Of a stretch of DNA of 43,340 nt, positions 33,916 through 43,274 are shown in pieces. The translations under genes were made by a program, and so were the position numbers. The notes under the pieces are model-generated. The model made no database searches, was not told where the DNA came from, and saw only the letters and a list, made by a program, of their open reading frames with translations. Each line of letters opens with the position of its first letter. The stretch's first letter is position 1. The stretch comes from a virus (taxonomy: Duplodnaviria; Caudoviricetes): positions 1 through 43,340 of IMG/VR virus record IMGVR_UViG_3300029145_000007; one strand, 5' to 3'.

Positions 33916-34410
33916 TTAACCAAATGAACGGGATATATCAACAAACAAAAATTCCATGACCGAATGGAAATGATTATCGTTTTTTAATTTCTCTCGGTCA
34001 AAGATTGGATCGTTACTCATCGCGCCTATCCACTCCGCGGACGAGAAAACGCCGTCCTCGTCATGACGCTTCGCGATCTCGACTTGAATCTCGAGAACGA
34101 GTTTCCGTAGTCGGGAGATCTCGGTTTTGTCAGAGGGTTTGATCCCACCGGCATTGACAACGACCAAGATCCCCCATTGATCGGAAAAGGTTGTCCTATC
34201 TTGCAATGCCGAGCCGGACCCAAAACCGGGATTGAGCCTCAACGGGACGCAATCGATCTGAGGGGCTTTCGTCAGAGTTTCCAATTCAGGCTCAACGATA
34301 TAGCCGTGATTGGCGGAAATGGTATTCGTGTAATGCGAATAATCGTTTTTATTTCCGATAAGCGTCGCGAGCTCCTGGCAAATTACAAGCTCGCTTTCCA
34401 TTGCTGGCAT
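33916..34410 (-). CDS. Tail terminator-like protein
   Basis: Position before the tail tube gene and size. Confidence 0.5.
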   Translation of the reverse strand: MPAMESELVICQELATLIGNKNDYSHYTNTISANHGYIVEPELETLTKAPQIDCVPLRLNPGFGSGSALQDRTTFSDQWGILVVVNAGGIKPSDKTEISRLRKLVLEIQVEIAKRHDEDGVFSSAEWIGAMSNDPIFDREKLKNDNHFHSVMEFLFVDISRSFG

Positions 34411-34416
34411 CGATCA

Positions 34417-34776
34417 TTACTCCGGCACTTTTTTACAGTGGATAACGTAAGTCAATTGATCGATTCCTTGAAAGTCTACCGCGGGGATACCTGTCTCGGC
34501 GAATGCTCGCCAAATCGACCCATCGGGAAACGTTAATTTGAAATTCTTACTCTCATCGGGGACAAAAGGGAGATCAGCGACCTCGATCAAAAGGTCAAGC
34601 CGTCGGACCTTGAGAAAGGTTTCGTCGGTCGCTTCTATCTCATCATTCTTTTTCAGGCGAGTACATTGGACGTTGGTCTTTTGGGTTTCGCTGTCTTGGT
34701 CGACAGTCACTCCGAAAGATCGGATTTTCGGTCTAATTTTTCGGAGCGCACTCGCGCCAACCTCGAGAGATTCCAA
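34417..34776 (-). CDS. Head-closure / head-tail joining protein
   Basis: Position and beta-rich pattern (DLLIEVADL...IHCK). Confidence 0.5.
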   Translation of the reverse strand: MESLEVGASALRKIRPKIRSFGVTVDQDSETQKTNVQCTRLKKNDEIEATDETFLKVRRLDLLIEVADLPFVPDESKNFKLTFPDGSIWRAFAETGIPAVDFQGIDQLTYVIHCKKVPE

Positions 34777-34780
34777 CGCC

Positions 34781-35149
34781 TTATCGGATCGTATGAACGG
34801 CTAAAACAAAGTCGTCCGTTGTCCGCCCTCCCATTTCGTCCGCGATACCGCTCGGAAACTTGCGACCAAACTTGACGATATCCGTCCCGGTCGCCGTTAC
34901 CGCTTTTTTGTTGACCGTGTCCCAAAAGATTTCGTCGTCGTCCGGAGTGAAATCCGTTGCGAGATCTTTCGGAAGCTTGAAAACGACCGTCTCATTCGGG
35001 TAATAAGCATTTCGATAGCCCGAATTTGATCCGTCGTCCGGACCTTGAACCAAGTTGACTCCCTCGATTGTGATCGTTTGACCCTGCTCGGCGGAGTTGT
35101 TGTTTCTGACAAGCAGAGCGCCCGCTCCGCCTTGATATAGCTCGATCAT
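34781..35149 (-). CDS. Capsid cement/decoration protein (DUF2190-like)
   Basis: VFKLPK...IFWD....KAVT.....KFG. Confidence 0.6.
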   Translation of the reverse strand: MIELYQGGAGALLVRNNNSAEQGQTITIEGVNLVQGPDDGSNSGYRNAYYPNETVVFKLPKDLATDFTPDDDEIFWDTVNKKAVTATGTDIVKFGRKFPSGIADEMGGRTTDDFVLAVHTIR

Positions 35150-35482
35150 TTATCCTCGTCCTGCGAAAAAGACTTTTTGGGTTGTGGGAACCGTGTTCGC
35201 GCATCGGATAACGATCCTTTGGAAAAGAAACGCCGTTGATGGGATGAATAATTTCCCATTCAACGGAGTTAGATTTCCCGTGTCCGCGTTCGACTCATCA
35301 GGGCAAGCCGAAAGGGTCCCGCCGTTTGAAACCAAGACGTTGACGTTACCAGTCGTAAACCCGTTGAAATCCATCGTCCCGTCGGAACATAGCGCGGAGA
35401 ATTGAGAAATATCAATATCTCCATTGCTACCGTTACCGGCGATTTCTTGATGGAATTGGGCTCGGATCAGGGCGTCATTCAT
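35150..35482 (-). CDS. Hypothetical structural protein
   Basis: 110 aa, after the MCP gene. Confidence 0.6.
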   Translation of the reverse strand: MNDALIRAQFHQEIAGNGSNGDIDISQFSALCSDGTMDFNGFTTGNVNVLVSNGGTLSACPDESNADTGNLTPLNGKLFIPSTAFLFQRIVIRCANTVPTTQKVFFAGRG

Positions 35483-35523
35483 CGCGATTCAAACTTAAAA
35501 ATTAAAAAAAAGGTTGTTTTGTC

Positions 35524-37758
35524 TTACGCGTTAGACGTGAGCTTGAGGATTCCCTCGTCGTCTCCATCATCAACGCCGAAACCAAATTTCGCCTTGTAAG
35601 CGATTCCCTCGACATCAAACGCCAACGATCCGGAGGTAACTTGAGGAGTTCTTTGTCCACCTAAGAAACCAACTCGTACCGGTTGATATTCGCTACCCGA
35701 CTTCGGTCCGGAAAGAGCGAAATAGGTATTATTTCCGTTTGCGGGAGTCGAAAGCTTTTTCCCTCGAGTATTAGTCGGATCGCTTTTTGATCCAGACTCG
35801 GAGGCAAGTTTCGGGCTAATCCATTTTGAATGGACGGATTGGAATCGACCGGCAAACTCATTCGTCCCCATTGCGTTCTCTTTAACATCCGCGGGAGCGC
35901 TTGAATCTTGAGCAATTGCCGACATTGCCTCTTGAGTTGAGAATTTCGACGCCAAACGCTTGTAAGGATTGCCGACGACCAAAGCATCCCAATTGACATC
36001 GATCGGTTTCTTTTCGCTGTCGACCAATGAATCGAAATGCTCGTCGATCTTGATCAAAGCGCCATAAGACAACGGAGTCGACGCGATTGTCGTCAATCCG
36101 GTTCTAGTCAAAAGACCCTCATAAACCTTTTCGTCAATTGCTCGTCCGGCGTGAGCTCCGAGAGATTGACCAAGAGAGGAGAGAGCGCCCATATCGTCGT
36201 TGACGATCATTTTCGTTGTGAAAACAAGCATAACGCCGTAATCCTCGACGCTTGCGGTCTTTTTCGAATCGCTTACTTTTGCGTGGGCAATTTGACCATT
36301 CGCTCCGACTTCCAAAAATCCTCCGCCTTGAGTCAGTCGGTAAAAGTTTTGAGCCTTGTAATCGTTTGCCGTGTAAGTATGGCAAATCAATTGCCAAGTG
36401 GATTGCGTTCGCCGAAAGCTCATCATGAGGTTTTTATTCATGGTGCTTTCGAGAATGTTTGAAACGCTGGCATAGGAGAAACCCGCCGACGCTGTCAAAT
36501 GGTGCCGTTGATGCTCTTGGACAACGTGAGCCGCGAAATCTTCACCGTGACCCATACCGTGGAATTCTCGTCCGATTGCTTTCAATGAGATTTTGCAAAG
36601 GTCAACGACGGAGACGTTTCTCATTCGCTGGCTCATTGCCTCATTCATGACTTTTTCGGCAGCCTCGCCGCCCAATTCGGCCTTGAAACAATTCCCAATT
36701 TCCTCGACGTCGGCGTTTGCCGATTGCATCAAAATAGCCGCGGAAAGATATTGATTCGCCTCCGCCGTCATCGAATAACCGGCGTATGGGTGGCGAATAT
36801 CCTTTTTGGATTCTTCTTTCTTTTGGAGGTCAAGTTGCATCGCCTTTAACTCCGTTTTGTCTTTGTCCCAACCTTGATCGATGGCATGGGCGAAAAGAGT
36901 CATTTTCCGTTTGTTTTCACCCTCGCCGACTTCAATATTTGGGTGACCGTAAGAAGCGCAGAGAGACCGGATTTCCTCGGTCTTTTTAATATCGTTCTTA
37001 TACGCTTCTCTTTCGGTTTTGAGGTCATCAAACGACGCCGTCAATTCGGCTCGGAGCTTTGCAATTTCTCCGCCGTCATTTCCTGGCGGATCCTCCTTGC
37101 CTTGAGCGGTCAATTTCTTTCGCTCCGGCGTATCAAAGGCCTTTTGCAAAATTCCTTTGGCTTCGTCACTTAACCCCGTTGGATCATCAATTCCCAACGT
37201 CTTTCCGAATTCGACGAGAGTCGAGTCCAACTTAACCATTTTTTCACCTTTTGAATCTTTGTGCTTTGCTGCTAAGGAGACGTGATTCTCAAAGTCTCCT
37301 CCTCGCTCAACAAAACTCAATTCCGGAATAGTTCCACCGCGAGCGTGGAAAAACGGTCCCACTTGGAGCCGCCCGTTAATTTCCCTTTTCTCCCCATCGG
37401 GGACAAATTCGGGGACAAAGTCGTCGGCGCCTATGGAAACTTGCCACCGGCGACCCTCTCTCTTTGCGTTTATAATCTCATTTTTGTGAAAGCCGTCAAC
37501 ATCTAGGGCGCCCGATGCTTCTATATGTGTGGCTTTGATCGATAATTTTCCCGATCCGACCACCTTTTCGGCATCATGGCGCAAAAGATTTTTGACGTCT
37601 ACCTCTTTTTGAGGCAACGTAGAGAGATCCAAAACGACGGGATAATCGAATTCACGAACGAATAATTTTCCGCCGCTGTACGCTACCGCCCAATAAGGAG
37701 GATCTTTTGATCCCGCCGTCAATTGGACGTTTGAGTTTTCTACATCAAATAACCGCAT
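35524..37758 (-). CDS. Fused prohead protease - scaffold - major capsid protein (Mu gpT-like)
   Basis: N-terminal AYSGG, LLRHD, WQVSIGA, ELSFV..GGD; C-terminal NKNLM..F, YG....T..MIVNDDMGAL. Confidence 0.88.
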   Translation of the reverse strand: MRLFDVENSNVQLTAGSKDPPYWAVAYSGGKLFVREFDYPVVLDLSTLPQKEVDVKNLLRHDAEKVVGSGKLSIKATHIEASGALDVDGFHKNEIINAKREGRRWQVSIGADDFVPEFVPDGEKREINGRLQVGPFFHARGGTIPELSFVERGGDFENHVSLAAKHKDSKGEKMVKLDSTLVEFGKTLGIDDPTGLSDEAKGILQKAFDTPERKKLTAQGKEDPPGNDGGEIAKLRAELTASFDDLKTEREAYKNDIKKTEEIRSLCASYGHPNIEVGEGENKRKMTLFAHAIDQGWDKDKTELKAMQLDLQKKEESKKDIRHPYAGYSMTAEANQYLSAAILMQSANADVEEIGNCFKAELGGEAAEKVMNEAMSQRMRNVSVVDLCKISLKAIGREFHGMGHGEDFAAHVVQEHQRHHLTASAGFSYASVSNILESTMNKNLMMSFRRTQSTWQLICHTYTANDYKAQNFYRLTQGGGFLEVGANGQIAHAKVSDSKKTASVEDYGVMLVFTTKMIVNDDMGALSSLGQSLGAHAGRAIDEKVYEGLLTRTGLTTIASTPLSYGALIKIDEHFDSLVDSEKKPIDVNWDALVVGNPYKRLASKFSTQEAMSAIAQDSSAPADVKENAMGTNEFAGRFQSVHSKWISPKLASESGSKSDPTNTRGKKLSTPANGNNTYFALSGPKSGSEYQPVRVGFLGGQRTPQVTSGSLAFDVEGIAYKAKFGFGVDDGDDEGILKLTSNA

Positions 37759-39322
37759 CGAGTTCTAATTGCTCCTCTTTCGCGTTTCCACTTGGCGAAC
37801 CTGCCATATCTTGGAGGGTTGTCAACTTCTCGACGTCCGCTGACTCCATTCCATAAGTCGCGAGGATATCCTTTTTCGCTTTCGCAAGCTGGACTTTTTC
37901 CTCGTATACCTTTTTCGCATCGCGGCCGCGGGACTTCCAAAAGTCTATCTCGGAGAATTGTCCCATTTTGGCGTAAGTCTCATCCGCTTTCGCTTGCTTC
38001 ATTTGGTCGAGAGGTTGTTTCTCCGGCCAAAACCACTCCATACGGAATTGACCAAGACCGTCCGGAATCAAGCCGGAAACCAAGACGGCAAAGTCAAACC
38101 AAAACCGAAAATACCTCTTGAGGAGTTTCCTCTCCAATTCTTTCCGAACGATATCGACGACTTGCTCGAAAATGATCGTATCGATCCGAGCGGAGGCGAA
38201 ATTGAAATCCTCGGACGACGTGGCCACGTTCCACGGGAGGAGAAACCGAGCCGCGATCTCCCTTTTCAATTCGTCTTTGACTTCTCGATAACTTTGAACC
38301 TTGCCGTGTGAGTGATTCCAAGGAACCATTTTCCAGCCTTGCGGGGTGCTCGTGACCTGCGCCCCTGCCCAATTCCACGTAAGGCGACCACCGGAGGAGA
38401 TCTCGGTCGCTTGTCCAAATGGGAGATTCGTTTCCATACTCGCGAGAATCTTGGACTCTTTCTCGAGCGTATTCAAAATCGATTCGTCCAATCGTCGGAG
38501 CTTCCCGAGGGTCTCGATACAATCGGCGCCCTCCGACATTCCTCGACGAGTTGTCGGTCGTTCCTTTTTGAACCAATGAAAAACGCGGGACGGCTCGTAA
38601 GAAACAATCCCATATGTCCCGAGAACCGATCCGAACGCCGTCCCGCCAGGATGATAGCGCAAACGATGATATTTTTCGGGATTCCCCCAATTATCGTAGA
38701 AAATCCCATCCGCGGGAGGATATTCCGAATTGAATCTGTTTCCGTAAAGGATTCCCATTTCGTCGGAATGAGGGTCGGAGAATTGCTCCATTTCGTAAGT
38801 TTTTATGTCGATCTCGACGTCTGGAATCTGAGGATTGGGAGAAAACACTCCGAAACCCTCGCCCGCGAGAATCCGCTCTTGGCAAATTAGCGCCATGACA
38901 TTAGGGAGATCGATATCCTCGGTATGCTCTTGCCAATTCTCCTCGACAATTTGAGCCGCTTTTGCTGCCTTTTTCGTTGAGCTCCGAGGAGTAATCCCGA
39001 GTTTCGGTCCGGTCCGTATGACGGAATGAATCCATTTGTAAACAAAGGATTTAAACGTCAAGTTATTTCGGAATTCGTATCGGACAAGTTTCGCGATCGC
39101 GTGTCGCAATTCCCGAGTATTGATAGCCTCGTCCGATTGCAACGTCGAATATTTAAAATGGTCGTCGTTTTGGTATCGGTGATAAATATCATACGACGCT
39201 TTGAGAGCCCACTCCTCGCCGTTTATCTTCTCGGGAGACCTCGAGGGCAATTCCAAAGGACCTCCGTTTTCGTCAACGAGGTATTGAGAAAATTTATTCT
39301 GATCGGTCCAAGGATTACTCAT
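37745..39322 (-). CDS. Portal protein, lambda family
   Basis: RYEFRNN, GEGF, DGI.YDNWGNP..YH, RP...RG, NFASAR.D. Confidence 0.9.
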   Translation of the reverse strand: MSNPWTDQNKFSQYLVDENGGPLELPSRSPEKINGEEWALKASYDIYHRYQNDDHFKYSTLQSDEAINTRELRHAIAKLVRYEFRNNLTFKSFVYKWIHSVIRTGPKLGITPRSSTKKAAKAAQIVEENWQEHTEDIDLPNVMALICQERILAGEGFGVFSPNPQIPDVEIDIKTYEMEQFSDPHSDEMGILYGNRFNSEYPPADGIFYDNWGNPEKYHRLRYHPGGTAFGSVLGTYGIVSYEPSRVFHWFKKERPTTRRGMSEGADCIETLGKLRRLDESILNTLEKESKILASMETNLPFGQATEISSGGRLTWNWAGAQVTSTPQGWKMVPWNHSHGKVQSYREVKDELKREIAARFLLPWNVATSSEDFNFASARIDTIIFEQVVDIVRKELERKLLKRYFRFWFDFAVLVSGLIPDGLGQFRMEWFWPEKQPLDQMKQAKADETYAKMGQFSEIDFWKSRGRDAKKVYEEKVQLAKAKKDILATYGMESADVEKLTTLQDMAGSPSGNAKEEQLELDAVI

Positions 39323-39527
39323 ACGTGGGGAAATGAACGCTTTTGAGGTTGAGTTGATAGTTATTCAGAAAGTTGAAAACTAGCTTTCGATTCGACGCCG
39401 CGGCTTTTGCGTCCTCGACCTCGTTCATTTTTTGCATATCTTGACCGGATCGGAACGTAACGGACTCCTCTCCTCCTCGGTAAGATTTGACGGCTTTCTC
39501 GTCAAGGTTTTCGGGATCTATGGGCAT
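39315..39527 (-). CDS. gpW-like head completion protein
   Basis: 70 aa before the portal; SY....SVTFRS. Confidence 0.55.
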   Translation of the reverse strand: MPIDPENLDEKAVKSYRGGEESVTFRSGQDMQKMNEVEDAKAAASNRKLVFNFLNNYQLNLKSVHFPTYE

Positions 39528-39650
39528 CGGGACGGCTTTTTCTCGTGGACGATCGAAATCTCTCCTTGAATATTCACAAATTGAGAGATTTATTCAATCG
39601 TCTTAGTCCCATATGTAAAATCAAAACCGAAAAACCTATCTCCCCCGATG

Positions 39651-39675
39651 GTGGCAAAATGGCAACGTTGCCACT
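39651..39675. repeat. Palindrome TGGCAACGTTGCCA plus an extra GTGGCAA half-site
   Basis: In the 240-nt intergenic region upstream of the head genes. Confidence 0.85.
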
Positions 39676-39767
39676 CCCGAAAAGAAAAACTCAAGGGATT
39701 CCCATATTTTTTGAAAAAGATTGTCCGGATCTTTGTCGGGTCGCCGCCTAAAAAGTAATCAGCCTAT

Positions 39768-40034
39768 TTATTCGGCATCGCCGCCGACTCCATATCTTTC
39801 CGTAGTGTAAAACTCATTACCGCAATATTCGCAACGGCGGATCCGGAAAGTTATCTCGTTTTTCTTATCTTGCTGAGTGCTTATGACTCGGTTTCTCCGG
39901 CAACCGCATTTCTTACAAGCATGCGCGCGGTCAGTCCCTTTCGCCTCGCCGCCTGCCAACCATTCGGCCAAAGTCATCTGTTTTTTTGGCGTCTCTCCCT
40001 CGCCGGCCGCTATTTCGTTTTCGTCATTCGTCAT
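39768..40034 (-). CDS. Zn-ribbon protein (NrdR-N / Ogr-Delta-like)
   Basis: CKKCG....VIST......FRIRRCEYCG..FYTTE. Confidence 0.75.
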   Translation of the reverse strand: MTNDENEIAAGEGETPKKQMTLAEWLAGGEAKGTDRAHACKKCGCRRNRVISTQQDKKNEITFRIRRCEYCGNEFYTTERYGVGGDAE

Positions 40035-42159
40035 CGCCTAACCAAGATTTAAGGTCTATTGATGGGGGTTTTTTTGGGTCCCTCGGAGCTTGATTTCCTA
40101 TCGTTTCGCATCCCTCAAAGGAGGCGAGAGCCATCAATCCCGTAATGACGTCCCAATAATCGTTATCGGGTTTGTTGTGTTTATGATGCCAAGTCGTGAT
40201 ATCTCCCCATTTGGTCTCTACGAGTCTCGAGTATTCGGCGAAACAATGGTCGACCATTAGCTCGTGAGCCTCGGCGTCATGCTCAAAGAAAGAAAAGCTT
40301 GTACTTTTCAAGGGAGCGACGAGTCGCTTAATCGCAAAGGTTTTCCTTTCGTTGGTGTCAATCTCCAAAACTCGAGGGTTATTATCCTGCGATTCTTTGT
40401 AGAGGTACCCGGGCCCTTTTCGTTCGTTCTGCTTTGCTTTCCGATTGGCTATTGGAGGATTCGTTTTGGACGATCCCCATCCCATCGTCGGGACGATTCG
40501 ATCGTTATCGATCTCGGAGATTACTTGATATACGACGCTCGTCCATTTCCTCGAGTCGACTCCGATCCGGTCGATTTGCATCCTCGCGCCGTCTTTGTCT
40601 CGGACGTATTTCGCCTCGAGCATCTTGGGCAAGAGAGCATGTAGCGCGTTGTAAATAATTCCGTTCTCATCGCGGACCGAGCCGTCCTCATTGAGGAAAC
40701 TCGCGTAAGCCGCTTGATCGGCGAATCGAGTCGGGATTGCGGACTTTGCGAAAAGCCTCCGATCTTGCTTGGGATAGGTTTCTCGGTCGACGAGGTATCC
40801 CTCGAAATTCATCGCGAAACCGGCGACCCCATACCAAAAAACATGGAGACCGAGGTCGACAAAGGCGACAACTTTCTCGGTATCCCGCGGGAGTATATGT
40901 CGCGTCGTATGATGCTGTTTCACCATTAGCGATTCGCGATCGAGAACCGTCCGCGATTGCTCGTCGTCCTCGGGGTTATTCTGACATTCACAATTGAAAA
41001 CCGAGGGGCCCTCGTCAATCAGAATATTCATTGCGTGTTGAATCGCGGAAAACTCTGTTTGAGGCTCGTCCTCGTATTCGTAAGCCCACTCCCAAACCGG
41101 CTCGGCGCCCTCGTCCATCTTTTCCTGATTTTCGAGGTAAAATTTCGCCGATTCGATTCTCGCCAGGATGAGCGCGCCCGGGACGGTCGGATCGAAACCG
41201 AGTCGAATATCTCGGTATTCGTCCCAAAGCTCCTTGTCGACCGGCATTTTGTGCATCATTGGGATGCGTAGAGATTGCCAAGACGCATCATTGAGAAAGG
41301 TATCCGCGCAGTCTTTCGGCTCGATTACCGTTACCGCCATAGCAACGGGGAGAGTCTTGGTATGTCCTCCACCGCGGAGAACTCCTTTTTTGATCATGGC
41401 GACGAGTTTTTCGGTCAATCGCTTTGATCCGGAGATATCCTCGTCCGATGGATCGTCGATCGCGACAAAGTCCGGTCTCAAAACGTAAGTCTCATCGTCG
41501 ACCGCAATCGTCTTTTGCTTCCCTCGAGCGGACGACATCGGGAGAGAAATAATCATATTTCCGGACGACTTCTCTTTCGGAATCGTCGCGAAACGGATTA
41601 CTCCCTCCTTGAGATTTACCTTTGTGAGTTGTCCGTTATAGGATTGATGTTTCGCCCGATGGCTTGACCCGTGGAGAGCTCGGAAAGGAACGCAAATACG
41701 AGGGTAAAGCTCGTGTAAAATCCCGTTTCCGGTCAACTCGGTTTGGATTCCCTCGAGGAGCTCGTCCGCCGATTCGACGTTTTTCGAGTAAAGCATAATC
41801 ATTGAACGATGATCGTAGATCGCCGCCCAAAGACACGCGCGCATAAGGATAGCCGTCTTTGCAAACCCTCGAGGGAAAGCCTCGACGATCCTCCCGCCCT
41901 GCAAGATACAAAACTCGAGCATCTTGATAGCGTTCTTTTGCTCTTTTGAAAACGGCTTTTTACCCGTCGAATTAGGAAAGCATTCCTCGAGAAAGGCGAG
42001 GAGATTGAATCGGTATTTCCTCACCTTGTAAGGGCTCGACGTCGCGGGAATCTTTCCCTTGAGATCGTTATCCTCTAGTATTTGCCGGCGCTGTTTATCC
42101 CTGTTTGCTTGTCGTATTTGCTCGGCGCGGCTCTTTTTCTTTTTTGCCAATGTGGGCAA
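40024..42159 (-). CDS. terL: Terminase large subunit (GpA-like)
   Basis: PRGFAKT, RPDFVAIDDP, ECQNNP, AFVDLG, DNDYWD. Confidence 0.9.
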   Translation of the reverse strand: MPTLAKKKKSRAEQIRQANRDKQRRQILEDNDLKGKIPATSSPYKVRKYRFNLLAFLEECFPNSTGKKPFSKEQKNAIKMLEFCILQGGRIVEAFPRGFAKTAILMRACLWAAIYDHRSMIMLYSKNVESADELLEGIQTELTGNGILHELYPRICVPFRALHGSSHRAKHQSYNGQLTKVNLKEGVIRFATIPKEKSSGNMIISLPMSSARGKQKTIAVDDETYVLRPDFVAIDDPSDEDISGSKRLTEKLVAMIKKGVLRGGGHTKTLPVAMAVTVIEPKDCADTFLNDASWQSLRIPMMHKMPVDKELWDEYRDIRLGFDPTVPGALILARIESAKFYLENQEKMDEGAEPVWEWAYEYEDEPQTEFSAIQHAMNILIDEGPSVFNCECQNNPEDDEQSRTVLDRESLMVKQHHTTRHILPRDTEKVVAFVDLGLHVFWYGVAGFAMNFEGYLVDRETYPKQDRRLFAKSAIPTRFADQAAYASFLNEDGSVRDENGIIYNALHALLPKMLEAKYVRDKDGARMQIDRIGVDSRKWTSVVYQVISEIDNDRIVPTMGWGSSKTNPPIANRKAKQNERKGPGYLYKESQDNNPRVLEIDTNERKTFAIKRLVAPLKSTSFSFFEHDAEAHELMVDHCFAEYSRLVETKWGDITTWHHKHNKPDNDYWDVITGLMALASFEGCETIGNQAPRDPKKPPSIDLKSWLGDDE

Positions 42160-42162
42160 ACC

Positions 42163-42618
42163 TCATCCTTTGTAATGCGTTCCGAATAGATAGTCCGTCC
42201 AAGGGAAAACCGCGCCGAAATTAGTCGTTACTTTTTTATGGTGGTTCAAATGATGCGCTCGAGACCACCGAAACCACGGGACGAGATAAGCTCCCCACCA
42301 AAACGACGGCTCGTCATGTATCGCCCGATGAATAAAACCCCATGACATAAACCACCAAAGGGTAAAAGCCAGCTGATAAATCCAGAAAAACGGATCGGCC
42401 AGGAGGGAGACGGTAATCGTCAACGGCGAGAGGGAGAGATTCGCGACGACCCATTGCCCAAGGCTCAATCCCATATGTCGATTTTCGTTTCGATTATGCC
42501 CATGATGCTCGACGGCGTGGGATTGGAAAAACGAGGATCCGCGTCGGTGCATTGCCCACCGATGGACGACATATTCCCCGAGGGAGCAAACAACGAAAAG
42601 GGTAACGATCGAAATCAT
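42163..42618 (-). CDS. Fatty acid hydroxylase / sterol desaturase family membrane enzyme
   Basis: Four His boxes HRWAMH, HAVEHH, HRAIH, HHLNHH, plus NFG....TDYLFGT and TM segments. Confidence 0.88.
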   Translation of the reverse strand: MISIVTLFVVCSLGEYVVHRWAMHRRGSSFFQSHAVEHHGHNRNENRHMGLSLGQWVVANLSLSPLTITVSLLADPFFWIYQLAFTLWWFMSWGFIHRAIHDEPSFWWGAYLVPWFRWSRAHHLNHHKKVTTNFGAVFPWTDYLFGTHYKG

Positions 42619-43274
42619 TGTTTCGCGATCTCCTCGAGCCTCTCGATAATTGGCTCGATATGCTTGGGGACTTTTACTCCCAACGTTCGAACGAAATCCA
42701 GCAAAGACAAGGTTTCGTCGAGACCGAGCTTTCTCGTAAGGATATCGATCTCGAGACCGAGCTCCGCCTCAAACGCCTTTTGACATAACGCCTTTGCATC
42801 TGCCCAAGATTGAGGATCGTTGAACCCGTCTCCCTTGAGCTCGTCGTCCGTAGCCGCCGCGGACCATTTGTTATTTTTGCCGTAAATCGGCGTAATACGA
42901 TAAAACGATCCCTTGCAAACCGGAGACTCCGACTCGTATTCCTCCGATTGCTGGCTTTTTTCGAGACCAAGACCAACCTCGAGAAACTTCAATTCAAACC
43001 GGTTTTCCCTCATTCTTTTGAACCGCTCGAGCTTTTCCTCGTCGCTTTCCTCGAGAACTCGGACAACAACAACAAAACGCGCCCCTCCTCCGAATTTTGC
43101 CGTCGCGGAATATTCAAGGCGACGATTCCGAATATCCTTTTCGTCCGTATCAATACTCTCAACCTCGACATAATTCCTTACCGCGTCGAGGACCTTTTTT
43201 GCATCCGTCAAATCGGATACGAGATATTTAAATTCGTTTTCTACGCCGTGATTTACTCTTACAATTCTCGTCAT
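42615..43274 (-). CDS. Hypothetical protein
   Basis: ATG at 43274 overlaps the upstream TGA. Confidence 0.7.
   Translation of the reverse strand: MTRIVRVNHGVENEFKYLVSDLTDAKKVLDAVRNYVEVESIDTDEKDIRNRRLEYSATAKFGGGARFVVVVRVLEESDEEKLERFKRMRENRFELKFLEVGLGLEKSQQSEEYESESPVCKGSFYRITPIYGKNNKWSAAATDDELKGDGFNDPQSWADAKALCQKAFEAELGLEIDILTRKLGLDETLSLLDFVRTLGVKVPKHIEPIIERLEEIAKQ

Noticed and set aside
1300-39615. CATATG recurring near operon heads (about 1300, 6155, 21420, 27184, 39610)
   Set aside because: It is only a hexamer with unconserved flanks and variable spacing, and it also occurs inside genes.
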